From contig OZ024743.1 in NCBI GenBank assembly GCA_964016885.1, positions 344,410,001-344,474,000 of the forward strand: a DNA stretch of 64,000 bases, written 5' to 3'. This DNA comes from Eledone cirrhosa (Eukaryota). The notes beneath the pieces are model-generated. The model did not search any database, was not told the DNA's origin, and saw only the letters and a program-made list of their open reading frames with translations. The translations under genes and the position numbers were made by a program. Positions within the stretch are counted from its first letter, which is position 1, and the number at the start of each line of letters is the position of its first letter. This document shows, piece by piece, positions 22,441-35,301 of this stretch.

Positions 22441-24571
22441 TGTGTGTGTGTAGGAAGATGATTCTATTAGTAGAAATGGGGGAGGGAGTTTTGTGTGTGT
22501 GTATGGGTGTTATATGTGTGTGTGTGGGGGGGGGGAGTATGGTTAGTATGTTAAGATGGAGAGAATATATATATTTTTTGTGTGTATGTGTAGGAAAATG
22601 ATTCCGTTAGTAGAAATGGGGGAGGGAGTTATGTGTGTGTGTGGGGGGGGGGGGGGGGTTAGCATGTTAAGGTTTATTTAGTTCTAGTTTTTATTTTCTA
22701 AAGTAGAAGGTGTTATGTGTGTGTGTGTATGTATGTGTCTGTTTGGATGGTTAGCATGTTATGGTGTTGACATAATGTATATTAAACTATATTTAATGCT
22801 GGTCTATATTTTTATAATAATAAACATATTTTCCTTATTTATTCGTATTTGTTCTGTTATATTGTCAGCGCAAAGATAAAATGGGAAGACTTGGAATTTG
22901 GGTGTCTTATTACTTTCGCATATGTCTAGATGTGCACTTAGTGGTATCTGTCTCATGGTTGGATCTCGTAATTGTTGGCGAATAACTGTCATTCTGTTTC
23001 TGAGTGTGAGTTTAGTTTGTCCTATATAATCTTCATTGCATCCTTTACATTTAATGGCATAAAGTAGATTTTTTGATGAGAAGTGAAGTGATTTTTTACA
23101 GCAAACCTTTGTCCTGATTGAAATGTATACGTGTTGCCTTCAATGAGGTGAGTGCAGGTTCCACAATTAGAGCGACCACATTTTTTGACTGTTGGTTGTG
23201 GGTTTGTGGTAGGTAATTTGGCATTGGTGAGTAATGTTTTTAGTGATTTTGGTTGTCTTTTGTTTTTGAAGGGATATATTAGGTTAACGCTTGATATATC
23301 AGGATATATATATATATATATATATATATACATTATTTGCCATAATCAGCGCAGGTCTTCCTTGACTTCTAACTAACCTACAGCCTTTCTTTCTTTCCCT
23401 CTGTCTTTTCCCTCCTCTCCTTTTTTCTATACTTTTTCTAAATTACCTTGAACTCTTTTCTTATGTCTCCATAGGAAAAGCACAATCAACCATAGTCGGT
23501 CATCTTTGTTTTTTTATTTTTCTTATGAGAGGCTGAAGAAATTGGGGCCCAGAACCCAACGAAACTTATATATATATAAAATTTAAAATGGTGTGCAAAT
23601 TCTGATTTAGCCGATATATTCATGGAAATAGATTTTTCACCCATCATCGTTATTAATCGCCAATACAAAGTATAGAGTGAAGGTTCAAATTTATTTTGAA
23701 TGAGTTTTGTTAACCATCTGCAGCTGTTTGTTCGATATCTCTATATCTCATCGGTACAGTTTCTTTACTTCATAGACAATTAGTAATTTTATTCGAAGTG
23801 AAATTTTTCATCGTTATGTATAAACTGTTCAAGTAAAACTGGATAAGATGTTTCAATAAACAATAAATACTTATCGAACTACTGAAAAGAAAAAAAAAAG
23901 ACCTACTTTAAAAGCAATAACAATAATTCCTGCACTCTTTCCATGACAACTACCACAGCTACTTCCACCACGTCATTCTTTTTGGATGAATGAAAGACCA
24001 GCAAAAAGAATTATAAACAAGCTACAGAAGCCACTAAAATAATCAAACAATTCAGCCATGGACTAGAAATAAACAGGTTTGAGAAAGGCACAAAAGCGCG
24101 CCCAGGGACATGATTGGAGGGGTGCATTAACCATGTCCCCAGAGTTCTTCGAGAAAACAGCTCAGGGAACAGTAACTGTACCTGTCGGTTAAGAGCCATA
24201 AGTAGAATGGGCAGCAAAAGATCTTGTAGAAGTAATATTCTTCGCGGAAGTTCACGTGCTGGGGCTTTTCATCGTACTATACGAGACTTAGGAATAGATT
24301 ATAATTTCTAAATATATGGCCCGGGTGAATGGTGAAAATGAAAGTGTTGGATGTGCCATTAGAATTGAACAGCTGGAAATAGATAGATAGGTAGATAGAT
24401 AGGTAGATGGATAGATAGAAGTAGATAGAAAGATAGATAGATAGAGAGAGAGAGAGAAAGACAGACAAAGCGACAGACAGATAGATAGGCAGACAGACAG
24501 AAACATTGGCAGTCAGATAGACAGTAAGGTAGACAGATAGGTAGATAGATTGACAAAGCGAGAGATAGATA

Positions 24572-25250
24572 GATTTCTTTATTTACCATAAAGGCATAAA
24601 AAGAAGGGACAAATACAAAGGGGGAGTTTACATATAATCGAGTAAAAAGGGTGTAACATGAAAATAATCGAAAATAACCTCAAAAGGGAGGGGACGTGAT
24701 GGGGGTTGCACACACCCCCGAAAAAGTGTGCAATCCTTTGCCCGGGGAGCACATGGAGAAGGTGCTCCCCTCTCCTTTACTTCTTTACCTACAGGATGGT
24801 ATACAGAGAAGGCCCATTTACACGAGCCATTCTCGCCACTATCACCCACCTTTCATAAAACTGCCTGTGGCCAAGCACCTCTCTCTCCATTCTTATCCTT
24901 CTTCCGAAGTGATATCGGAAGAAGCAGACCAGACTATGGCCAGAGAGGAAGTTGCCTGACCTCAGACCTTTCAATCGTGTCCACCAAACAACCTCTTTCA
25001 ACATGGCTATTACGCACAGAAAAACCGCCTTTGCTTCCTTTGTGAAGAGGGGAGGCGGTTTGATTGTCATCACGGACTCGGCGGTCAATTTAATCGGCGC
25101 CACCCGCGACAGCAGTTGTTCGGCGTAGCCCCACAGATCAGCCACGCCAGGACATTGCACCAATGCGTGCGCCACGGTTTCTTCGTGACGCACGCATCTA
25201 GGGCAAATCTTTTTTGAGGGATCCCTGCCCGGGCGCCCGTGTCTGTAGAC
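24572..25250 (-). mobile_element. Tx1/L1-clade LINE 3' fragment embedded in (GATA)n
   Basis: ORF 24789..25256 CPRCVRHEETVAHALVQC..FFRYHFGRRIRMEREVL is homologous to the ORF2 C-termini at 31862 and 39016. The 3' end is gcctttatggtaaataaagaaatc then (TATC)n. Confidence 0.88.
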
Positions 25251-25313
25251 GGACAAACAGACCAGCAGACGGAAAGATAGAGATAGATAAAAAGCTAGAT
25301 ACCTAGCTAGGTT

Positions 25314-25355
<42 letters not shown>

Positions 25356-25358
25356 GAT

Positions 25359-25421
<63 letters not shown>

Positions 25422-26458
25422 ACAGTGGGAGGAAGAAAAAAAGTGCGTATGTGTGTGTAAGAGAGAGAGGGGGGGGGGTGAGCGAGTGAGAGTGAGTTCA
25501 AGGTGGCTAGAGTAATCATGAATCTCTAGTGTTTTTTTAACAGACCCTAAGTAGGCTATTCGCTTTTAAAGAGTTTTTGCGGTTCGTATTTTCATAACTC
25601 TGGTTTTATTATTTATATTTTTGCACTATGTAACACCGATCAATATTTTTTATCCTTAGCTTTGTACCGTTTGTTTTTGAGCCCTTGTGGCTAATAAATA
25701 ATTTATTATTATTATTGTTGTTGTTATTGTTGTTGTTGTTATTGTGTTGTTGTTGTTGTTGTTGTTGTTGTTGCTGTTGTTGCTGTTGTATTATGATTTT
25801 AATCTTTCTCCGCAGAATCTTTTGTCCATTTCTAAAGAATGTATTCTAAATTCTCTGACAGAAGTGAAAATAACACAAAATATAAGCGATGTCTGTATGG
25901 GATGTGTCAATATGGTCATCTTTGAGTAAAATTGAATTAACTTTTGCAACGATTCACTATGGTGCATTCAGAGGCGTCTGTAAGGGGTGGAAGTTGTTTT
26001 TTATGTTATTAAAATATTTTTTGTAGCATCTCTGTGTGTTGTGTTTTTTTTTTGTGTGTGTAGCTTGTCTTGTATTACTCTGTGTGATTTTTTTGTGTGT
26101 CTCCTGTTGTTGATTATATCTTTTGTAGATTGTGTCTCTTGTTATTAATATTATTTTTACAAGTGTTGTTAATGTTTTTGCTTTTAACGACCTCTTTCTC
26201 TCTCTATCTCTCTCTCCCCCCCCTCTCTCTCTCTTTCTTTCTCTTTCTCTCTCATCGAATTCTGGTTCCATTTGATGTGCCAGTGATATGGTTAAAGCCC
26301 TCAGAATGTCGTCTTCTAAACGACAACAATAGAATTAATACATTTAAAGAGAGACAACAATGAACTAAATAGCAATAACAATGCTAACACCCACAACACC
26401 AGCAGTATCAACAACAACAACAATAACAAACAATACCAAAACCCTCAACACCAATAGT

Positions 26459-26489
<31 letters not shown>

Positions 26490-27299
26490 AAGACTATGAC
26501 AACAACAATAACAGCAACACCAGAGGAATGAGGGGAATAAAAGACAATAACTCAAAAGATCTTCCAAGATGAATGTAGGAAGTTGTGAGTGGTTATCTCT
26601 TCTGCGTTCTTCTGTATAATATCGGTTATTTTTCTCTAGAAATTAGGGGTTTGTTATGGAAAAGAGTGTGGGCTTGGAGTTGGATGACTTAAAAAAAAAT
26701 CGCAAAACAACATCTAATTCAGGGTTCGTATGTTGGTGGGTTAGGGACGACAGTACTTTCACTTTTATTGTTGTTGTTGCAGTAAATGATCGAGGTTGTT
26801 TTGTTGTATCATGATGGTAATGGTGATGATATTTATGATTTTGGTATAAGAGATGGCAGGGATAGTAGTGGTGGTAATAGATTGTTGGTGATGATAGTAG
26901 TGATGAGGATCGTATTGGTTGGCGTGATAATAGAGATAGTGGTGGGGATAATAATTATAATGGTGGTGCTGGTTGTGATGGTAGGGGTAATAATATCAAT
27001 GGTAATATCAGCGGTTGTAGGTGATAATGATTTGTTGGTAGTTAATACTGGTGACGAGAATATTGTATTAAAGGAGAGATAAATTTGTTAATAAAGAATA
27101 GAAGAAAAGATAAATAACAATTACTTCTTTATTATTCAAACGATTCAGCGACAATGAAGGTAATACAGGGAAGGAAATAATACAATACAGCGATAACATA
27201 CAGGAATACGTATAAAAAGAAAATTAAAACAATAGATAAAGAATATCCCCAATTGTGAGAGTAGTACTGATATGAAAAGCCATTGAAAAAACAACACAA

Positions 27300-27760
27300 A
27301 TCCTAGATTGCTTTGACAACCAAGAGGAATCACCCTCTCATGGCCGTCCCTTCTGTTGATGAAATTGATAAAGATTGGCCAAAAAGGAACGGCTTTGTTT
27401 TTAGCCCACTCCCCAAACCCTTTTCGTCATTAATACTGGACAGATAAAAAAGTGCCTGTACTTCATGATAGACTTCACGGATCTATTCTACATGTGATAG
27501 TAGCTATTCAATAAAGTTCACAGATTCGTATTGCTTGGGCACTGAAAGAGTGCATCCAGAACGGTTTTGTTACCCTGTACGCATTTTGGACAGACCTGGC
27601 TGAGGACATTTCCGTGCCTGCAGAGTTTGTTTCGAACTGAAAATGCCCAGCGGTAGTAATATCAGGTCAGAGAAATCCGGAAGTTATCTATAGTTAGTCT
27701 TCAGGTCGGAAGTTCTGATGCTCAGTTCTTCACCACTCTTCCTTTGTAGAATGTTAAAGT
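27300..27760 (-). mobile_element. Old Tx1/L1-clade LINE ORF2 3' remnant
   Basis: The plus strand ccgtgcctgcagagtttgtttcgaactg matches ccgtgcctgtagagtttatctcgaaccg at 32298. The minus strand gives CPKCVQGNKTVLDALFQCP. Confidence 0.7.
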
Positions 27761-28240
27761 AGAAATTTCACCAACCGGATTGCTGGACTGATAAAGGACA
27801 GTGACCATTTGTTATCCCTCCACAAAAAAGAGAAAAATGTACAATAAGAAAGACGAAGGAGAAGAATGAAAAATAAGAATAAGTAGAAGTGAGACGAAAA
27901 AGGAGTAGTAATAGCAGTAAAAGAAGAAGAAAAGGACAAAGAAGATAATGAAGAAATAAAAGTAGAAACAGGGGCATATATTGAAAGAATGGATAAGAAG
28001 CATGAGAAAGAACTGAAAGAAAAGAATGAATGAATAAGGAAGAATACCTGAAAAAGAAGAAAACAAACAAAGAATATGAGTGAAATAGTATAAGTGGGTA
28101 GGAAGAAAAACTTGATATTATCGGATAATACTTACACACACGTTCGCGCACGCACATATGAATGTATATGCGTATGAGCGTATATATATATATATATAAT
28201 ATATGTGTGTGTGTGTGTGTATGTATCGTAAAACATTAGT

Positions 28241-28770
28241 GTCAGGTCGCTCTCGAGTTTTACTGGTAACATACAACCCAGTACCACCTGCCTCATGGTC
28301 GGGTCGTCAGCGACTAAACCGGCAACTCTACCAGGCTAGCTTGGTGAGGAGGATGATATTTGGACACCTTGCTGGATGAAGTATAAGACCCGGTAACGGA
28401 CAGAAGAACTCAGCAGAGTCAACGGCCATCCAAATAGTGGTTTTCTTTCTTTTTTATCTGGGAGTGAAAGCCCCCATTTGTTGTCCCACCACCTTTCTCG
28501 GAGAAGGAAACTCTGGAAAAAAAACCTGCGGGTTCGGAACCATCCAATGACATTGACTAGTTCTCCTTTTCGGGTAATGTTTTCGATGCTCAGAGTGGGA
28601 TTGGTCGAGTGCAAGGCCTTTCCCCACTAAAAAAACCTTCAAAGCACAGGCATTGCTTGTCCAGGATATGTTACAGGTTCGTGTGGCTGGCCGTAGCCTA
28701 AAAGTGCACCAAACTCTATAATCTGACAAGCAATTGAAATACTCTTAGCAGAGTTTGCAGCCATCGTCTT
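28241..28770 (+). mobile_element. Diverged relative of the bipartite RTE element at 5501-6840
   Basis: Shares gtcaggtc..tactggtaacat..cccagtac..ctcatggtcgggtcgt..gcgactaaac..ggagaaggaaactctg..agagtggga..gcacaggcattgctt..gcagcca. Confidence 0.65.
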
Positions 28771-28977
28771 AAAAACACTTCTCTGTATCAATCTCTTTCC
28801 GTTTGTACACGGCATGATCAGAAGTTGAACTTACTCTGTCCAGGGAACTCAACCGAATAACCAATCAAACCCTTCACTAACTTTTATTCCATACGTAAGA
28901 AATAACATACACACTGACAAACGTATGCGTACCCCCCACACAGACACACATACACACACACATCACACAACACACAC

Positions 28978-29052
<75 letters not shown>

Positions 29053-29159
29053 ACACACGCACACGCACACACACACACATCACACAACACACACAACAAA
29101 CACAACACACACAACACACACCCACGCACAGCGACACCACAACAAACGCCAACCACAAT

Positions 29160-29750
29160 TACCACCTTGAACTACTAAAACCATTATTACCATCACCACC
29201 ACCAGCACCACCACCGCCGCCACCACCACCACCACCACCACCACCACCAAGAATAACAACAACAACATAAACAATCATCGCTCCACCACCTGGTTCCCCA
29301 CCACAAACCACCAATACCGCCTCCAACACCACCATCACCACACACCACCGCCACCACACACCACCGCCACCACCATCATCACACACCACCACCACCACCA
29401 CCACCATCACCACCACCACCGCCACCACCACCAAGAATAACAACAACAACATAAACAATCATCTCGCCACCACCTGGTTCCCCACCACAAACCACCAATA
29501 CCGCCTCCAACACCACCATCACCACACACCACCGCCACCACCATCACCACACACCACCACCACCACCACCATCACCATCACCATCATCACCACCACCAAG
29601 AATAACAACAACAACATAAACAATCATCGCTCCACCACCAGGTTCCCCACCACAAACCACCAATACCGCCTCCAACACCACCATCACCACACACCACCGC
29701 CACCACCATCACCACACACCACCACCATCACCACCACCACCACCACCACT
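29160..29750. repeat. (CAC)n-rich compound tandem repeat, three ~165-185-bp units
   Basis: The block ccaagaataacaacaacaacataaacaatcatc..ggttccccaccacaaacc recurs at ~29247, 29431 and 29596. Confidence 0.85.
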
Positions 29751-30792
29751 AACCACGCTCTCACCGTCGTCATCAATATCATCGATGGATTAGGTGAGTC
29801 GTTAGAATGTAGAACAAAATGCATGATTTGTTCCGACTCATTCTGTTCTGAGTTCAACTCCTTTTGTGTCTTACATGGTTGGTCAACTTAAACGGCCGTC
29901 CAGTGTGACAGTACCATTGGGTTATTCGGCATCTGTAGCGGAATTCATTCTGTTGTAAGAATTAGAGTCAAGTCACAAGTTTTAGGCTACCTTCATCCCA
30001 AACTTCATCGCAACCACTAGTCTCGGGGGCCCTATTAAAATTGTTATTCTTCACTAAAAATATCATCTTTATCGTCGCCATCACCCTCCGCCTCCTCCTC
30101 CTCCTCCTCCTCATCATCACCATCATCATCCTCCCCCATCCTCCTCTCCTCCTCCTCCTCCTCCTCCTCCTCCTCCTCCTCCTCCTCCTCATCATCATCA
30201 TCATCATCTCCAGTAACTGCAAGCATAGTCCTCCCAACCACCCATCTCAAAACGACTACGACGACGACGTCGAAGTACCCCCTATCCTCACCATTACTAT
30301 CACCAACACCACTAATGATACACCACCACATACGCTTTTACCACAACTACAAACAATAATGACTACAGCAACAATAACAACATCATCATAATTAACAATG
30401 ACAATAAAACAATTCCTCTCTAGCGAGATATATTTGGTTTGGGGAAAACACCTCACAGCACTTCACAATACCGCAGAGTATTTCATAAAACATCAACAGC
30501 ACCGCCATTCTCAACACTACACCACACCACACCACACCACCTTAGCTCATTTAAACTTATACTTCCAAAAGACGAAACAAAAATAAAATGAATACCCACA
30601 TACATATACAGATCCATGTGTGTACGTATGTATATATGTATATTCACATGCATTCACACACAGACACACACACATATATAAATATATACACACACATCCG
30701 TTGATATGAATATATATGTATCGGCGTGAAAATAGTGAAACATGCAAAACGGACACACGTATATATATGTGTGTGTGTATGTGTGTGTGTAT

Positions 30793-30869
<77 letters not shown>

Positions 30870-31861
30870 TGTGTGTGTGTGTGTGTGCGTGCGTGCGTGC
30901 GTGTATGCGTGTGTCTCTCTCTCTATATATATATACAAATGTGCTTGTGTTGCGGGAGTGTGAGATAGGAGTTGTGTTGGGCCTAGAAACAAAATCAACG
31001 AAACGAAACACGAAAGAATGAAAGAAAACAAAGGAAGGTAAACGATGTGGACGGAGATCGGAGACGAGAGAGCATGAACGCAAACTGTATAAAGAAGCGA
31101 GGAAGGAATGTTGGAAAAGATTAAGAAAACTGTGTACAGACTGTGTGGATAGCAAAACAAAGGGAAGCCATTTTGAAATGATAAGGAATGACATAAGATT
31201 TTGATATGTTGGTGTTGATGTTGATATTGTTGTTGTTTGTCTTAGTCTAAGACTAATTCCAGTTGAGGTCCTGTCGCTACAAACATGGATTATGACGAGA
31301 CGTAAATTTAATAAACATAAATAATCCCTTTGTTTAACGAAATGTAAAAATACAACGGCAACAATAAGTTACACAAACTACAACACTAAACAATAACAAT
31401 GGCAATCATAATGGTAATCTTAATAGCAATAACTACAACAACAACAGGAACAACAGGGACATCAAAAACAACAACAATAACAAAAACAACAAAAACAGTA
31501 ACGGCACGAAGAACAACAACCATAATAACATCATCAACTCAACAATAACAACAATAACAACAATAACAACAACAATAACAATAATAATAATAATGATTTG
31601 ATTTATTGGCCACAAGGGCCGACATATAGGGGACAATACAAAAGACTGGCACAGTGGGGTTTTACAGAAAAATCGAGTAAACAATGTGAATAACAATAAC
31701 AAAGTAACAATAAAGTAACAATAAAATTACAACAAGAAACAATTCTCCAATAGGGGGGGATGACCACTTAGGGTTCGCTCAGGTACCCCACCAGTCCTGA
31801 ACGACCCGACGCTTCGAGAGCACCCTGGAAGGGCACCCCTCTCCTCTTCAAATTTACCTAC

Positions 31862-34800
31862 CTACAGCCGCATGACCAGAGTAGGCCCACTCACACGGGC
31901 CATTCTCGCCACATTCACCCACCTTTCAGCAAATGTACTGGGGGGCAGCACTTCTCTCTCCACCCTCACCTTCCTTTCCAAGTGAAACTTGAAAAAGTTG
32001 ATGAGGGATTGGCCGAAGAGAAAAGTGTCTGTCTTCAGTCCTTTAAACCTCGTCCACCATACAACCTCTTTCGCTACTGCCACCAGAGAGAGGAAAATTT
32101 CCTGCCCTTCCTGGCCAAAAGAAGGCGGCGGGTCGATCTTCACTATGGACTCGGCCGATAGCCGGATCCGTTCTACACGCGACAACAGCTGTTCAACATA
32201 ACTCCACAAGTCAGTAATGCACGGACACTGGACGAGTGCGCGCAGAACGGTTTCGTCGTTCTGCGCGCATCTCGGGCAGGTCCGTCTGACAGCACTTCCG
32301 TGCCTGTAGAGTTTATCTCGAACCGGCAGTGCCCCCCGGTAGCACTGCCAAGCGAGGGATTTTTGGAAATTATCCATCGTCCCTGGTTTGAAAGTCCTCC
32401 GATACAGACTGGTTAGTTCGACTTCGTTGACTCCCAGAGCCTCTCCGAGTGCGTCGTCGCACTTGCCCACCACTAATCCTCTATAGAACTCGAGAGTTGA
32501 AGTTCCACTGACCGCATTGCCCGCCTGGTAGAGGGCAGTGAGTGCCTGGCAACATTCCAGATGCCAGTCACCCAGTCTCGGTCTCTTCTTGACCCAGGAC
32601 TAAAACTCAGTCAAAGAAACGAGCTACGGAAAGGCCCGTCTGACAAACGGCGACCACACCTGTTCACCGTTTAGGCAGAATATCTGGAGATGCCGCACCC
32701 TCAGCGCGTGCTTGCGCATCATTAGCCACGGCATGCCCAGCCCTCCACATATAGGGTGCTGGCAGCAGATGGACCGCCTGACCAGCGGAACCGGATCCCT
32801 CCACAAGAATTTGAAGAGGAGCCACTCTAAGATGGCGAGGCGCGAACGGGGGCAAGGGACGACAGTCAGACGGTAGTAGATGATGGACGCGATGTACGCG
32901 TTCGCCACCTCCGCCCGACCTTTCAGTGATAGCTTTATGCCAGCCCATTTCTGGGTGAGACTGACTACCCTGCCCGTCACTTCGTCCCAATTCTTATCCA
33001 CCTGGACGTCTGGCCCGAACCAAACCCCTAGCAACTTTACCGGTCCGTCCAACGCCTAACGACGCTGTTGGACGGCATGGACTTTCCTCTCCAGGTGCCG
33101 AGTTGCAAGCCCACTGACTTTTCCGGGTTAAGTTTTGCTCCCGTCAACCTTTCATATTCCTCCAATAAGTTGCCGACCACCTCGATTTCTGAGGTGTCCG
33201 ACACCATCACGGTGATGTCGTCTGCATAAGCCGACACAGCCTTTCCGCGTCCCGGTTCGATCGGGATGCCCTGCAACAGCTCCAGCTTCCGCAGTAAAGG
33301 CTCGAGAGTCAATACGTACAGAAGGGAGGAGAGAGGGCACCCTTGACGGACCGATCGGGAGACCTGAAACGATTCCGAGAGGTGGCCATTAATGTTGACC
33401 ATCGAGCAGGTGCCGCTGTACATTGCAGCGATCCAGCTTCTGAAGACGGGGCCGAAGCCAGCCGCTTTGAGGACAGCCTGCAGGTACCGATGTTCGACCC
33501 TATCGAATGCTTTCGATTGATCGAAATTGATCAGAGCCCCACCGAAGCCAGGTTTACACCCTACTCTCTCTATGATGTTTCGCATTAGGTGGAGGTTGTC
33601 GTGTATGGACCTGGTTGGGATTGCGCGAGTTTGCGCCTCCCCAACCAAATCCCCGACGACAAGCGCCAACCTCTTCGCTAACACCCTGGCCAAAATCTTA
33701 AACTCTGTGTTGAGCAGAGTTATGGGCCTGAAATTGTCTAATGTGTCCCTCTTGTTCTCGTCTTTCCTTATCAGCGTCACTACGCCCCGGCTCACAGAAC
33801 TGGGAATACTCCCGTTTTGCTGCCAGTTGCAGTAGAGGGCTTCGAGAAGATTGGAGACAAGTCTGGCATATTTACGTAAAGCTCGTAGGGCAAACCATCC
33901 AAACCGGGTGACTTGCGCCTCATGCAGCCGACAAGGGCATCCTGAATCTCGGCTGAAGTAATTGGCTTTTCGCAGCGCCCAGCATCAGCTGTCGAGAGTT
34001 GCGGCAAGCCATCGAGGTAGGGACTGAAGTCCGCCACCATCTCTGACCCGCCACTCCCCCGAACAACCGAGCAAAATGCTGGCGAAAGGCCTCACACATC
34101 CTCTTGGAATCGCTCAGCTCGTGTCCGTCTCGGTCTGTCAAAGACCGAATCTTGGTTTTATTACCACGCTGCGCCTCTGCCACGCGGGCCCATCGAACAA
34201 CTTTGGTTCCCTCGTTTCTCAGAGCACGCGCCTTAGCTCTGACAATGCAACCTTCGCGTTTCGCCTTGAAGAAATGGTCTAATGCCATTCTCGCCGCTAG
34301 CACATCAGTTGCAATGCCACTACCAATAGCCTCGTCTAACTTATCTACCAACTCCCCCTCCTTCCTATTTTTCTCTAATGCTACTTCTTTGTTAAACTCT
34401 ATCGGCATTACTCTAATCTCTCTTTTGAAAGCCCTCCCATCTATTGTTGACGACTCCCCCTGTCAACTTTTTCTTAACTAAATTGTTGACCTGGTCCCTG
34501 TAAGCCTTACGTGCCGGAAATGACATGTTTAGCTTCTAGTAACCAGGTCCTAACCTACGCGTCTTATCTAGGTCGACCATACAGATCACAAACTTGAATA
34601 GGCGACCGTTTCAAAACGTGGACAGCTTACACTAATTTTGTCTATTTTTCTAATGAATATCCTGTCTATATACGATCTAGATGACCCTATGCGGTTAGCC
34701 CAGGTCCACACTGGCGCATTAGGGAAATCTAGTCGATACCTGTCAGACAGTTGGAACTGGCTGATCAGGTTCTTGAGGCTTTTGCACCTCCCGCTCCTAT

Positions 34801-35269
34801 CGGATACTCCCACACAGTCCCAGTGTGCGTCTAAGATGCCGTTCCAGTCCCCCGCTAACAGTAAACGGCGAGACGTGGCCAGAAAGGCTTCCAGGCGTCT
34901 AAACAAGTCCTGCCGTCCTGCCCCAGTAGGAGAATAGACGGCCAGCAGTCTAAAGGCACCACCTTCGTTATCGTTCACGTCCAGGACCACCAACTTCCCG
35001 TCCAGGTCGCGGAAGATCGACCTTACCTCGAGATCCAGGCCTTTCCTAAACAGCACTGCCACCCCACCTCCCATTCCCGGTCGGCTAACAGATGCAAAGA
35101 TCTGATAGTCGTCGAAAATGGGGGCTCGTGCGCGCGTGCCGGAAATCCTGGTCTCGCTGACGGCAATTACATCCATTTCTAGAGACCTGAGGTCGTTGAG
35201 CAGGTGACCCTGCTTCCAAGACGAGCCCAGGCCTCGAACATTTAAACATCCTACTCTTAATACGGTCAT
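31862..35269 (-). pseudogene. Tx1 copy A ORF2 (APE endonuclease, reverse transcriptase), frameshifted
   Basis: ORF fragments 34586..35269, 33920..34408, 33792..34040, 33037..33795, 32624..33052 and 31862..32473. Confidence 0.9.
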
Positions 35270-35301
35270 GTTGGCAGGTTAAAAAGAGAGAGAGGATAGG
35301 T

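Larger units (their letters stand above)
21292..23303 (-). mobile_element. Neptune-type Penelope element, 3' part (Zn linker, GIY-YIG, long 3' UTR with HHR)
   Basis: LKTLLTNAKL..KKCGRSNCGTCTHL, then LYAIKCKGCNEDYIGQTKLTLRNRMTVIRQQ..LSAHLDIC. HHR at 21359-21393, (TA)n at both ends. Confidence 0.85.

Noticed and set aside
23940-24290. Unique-looking segment with short ORFs (24011..24217, 24114..24311)
   Set aside because: No recognisable domain or convincing splice structure.
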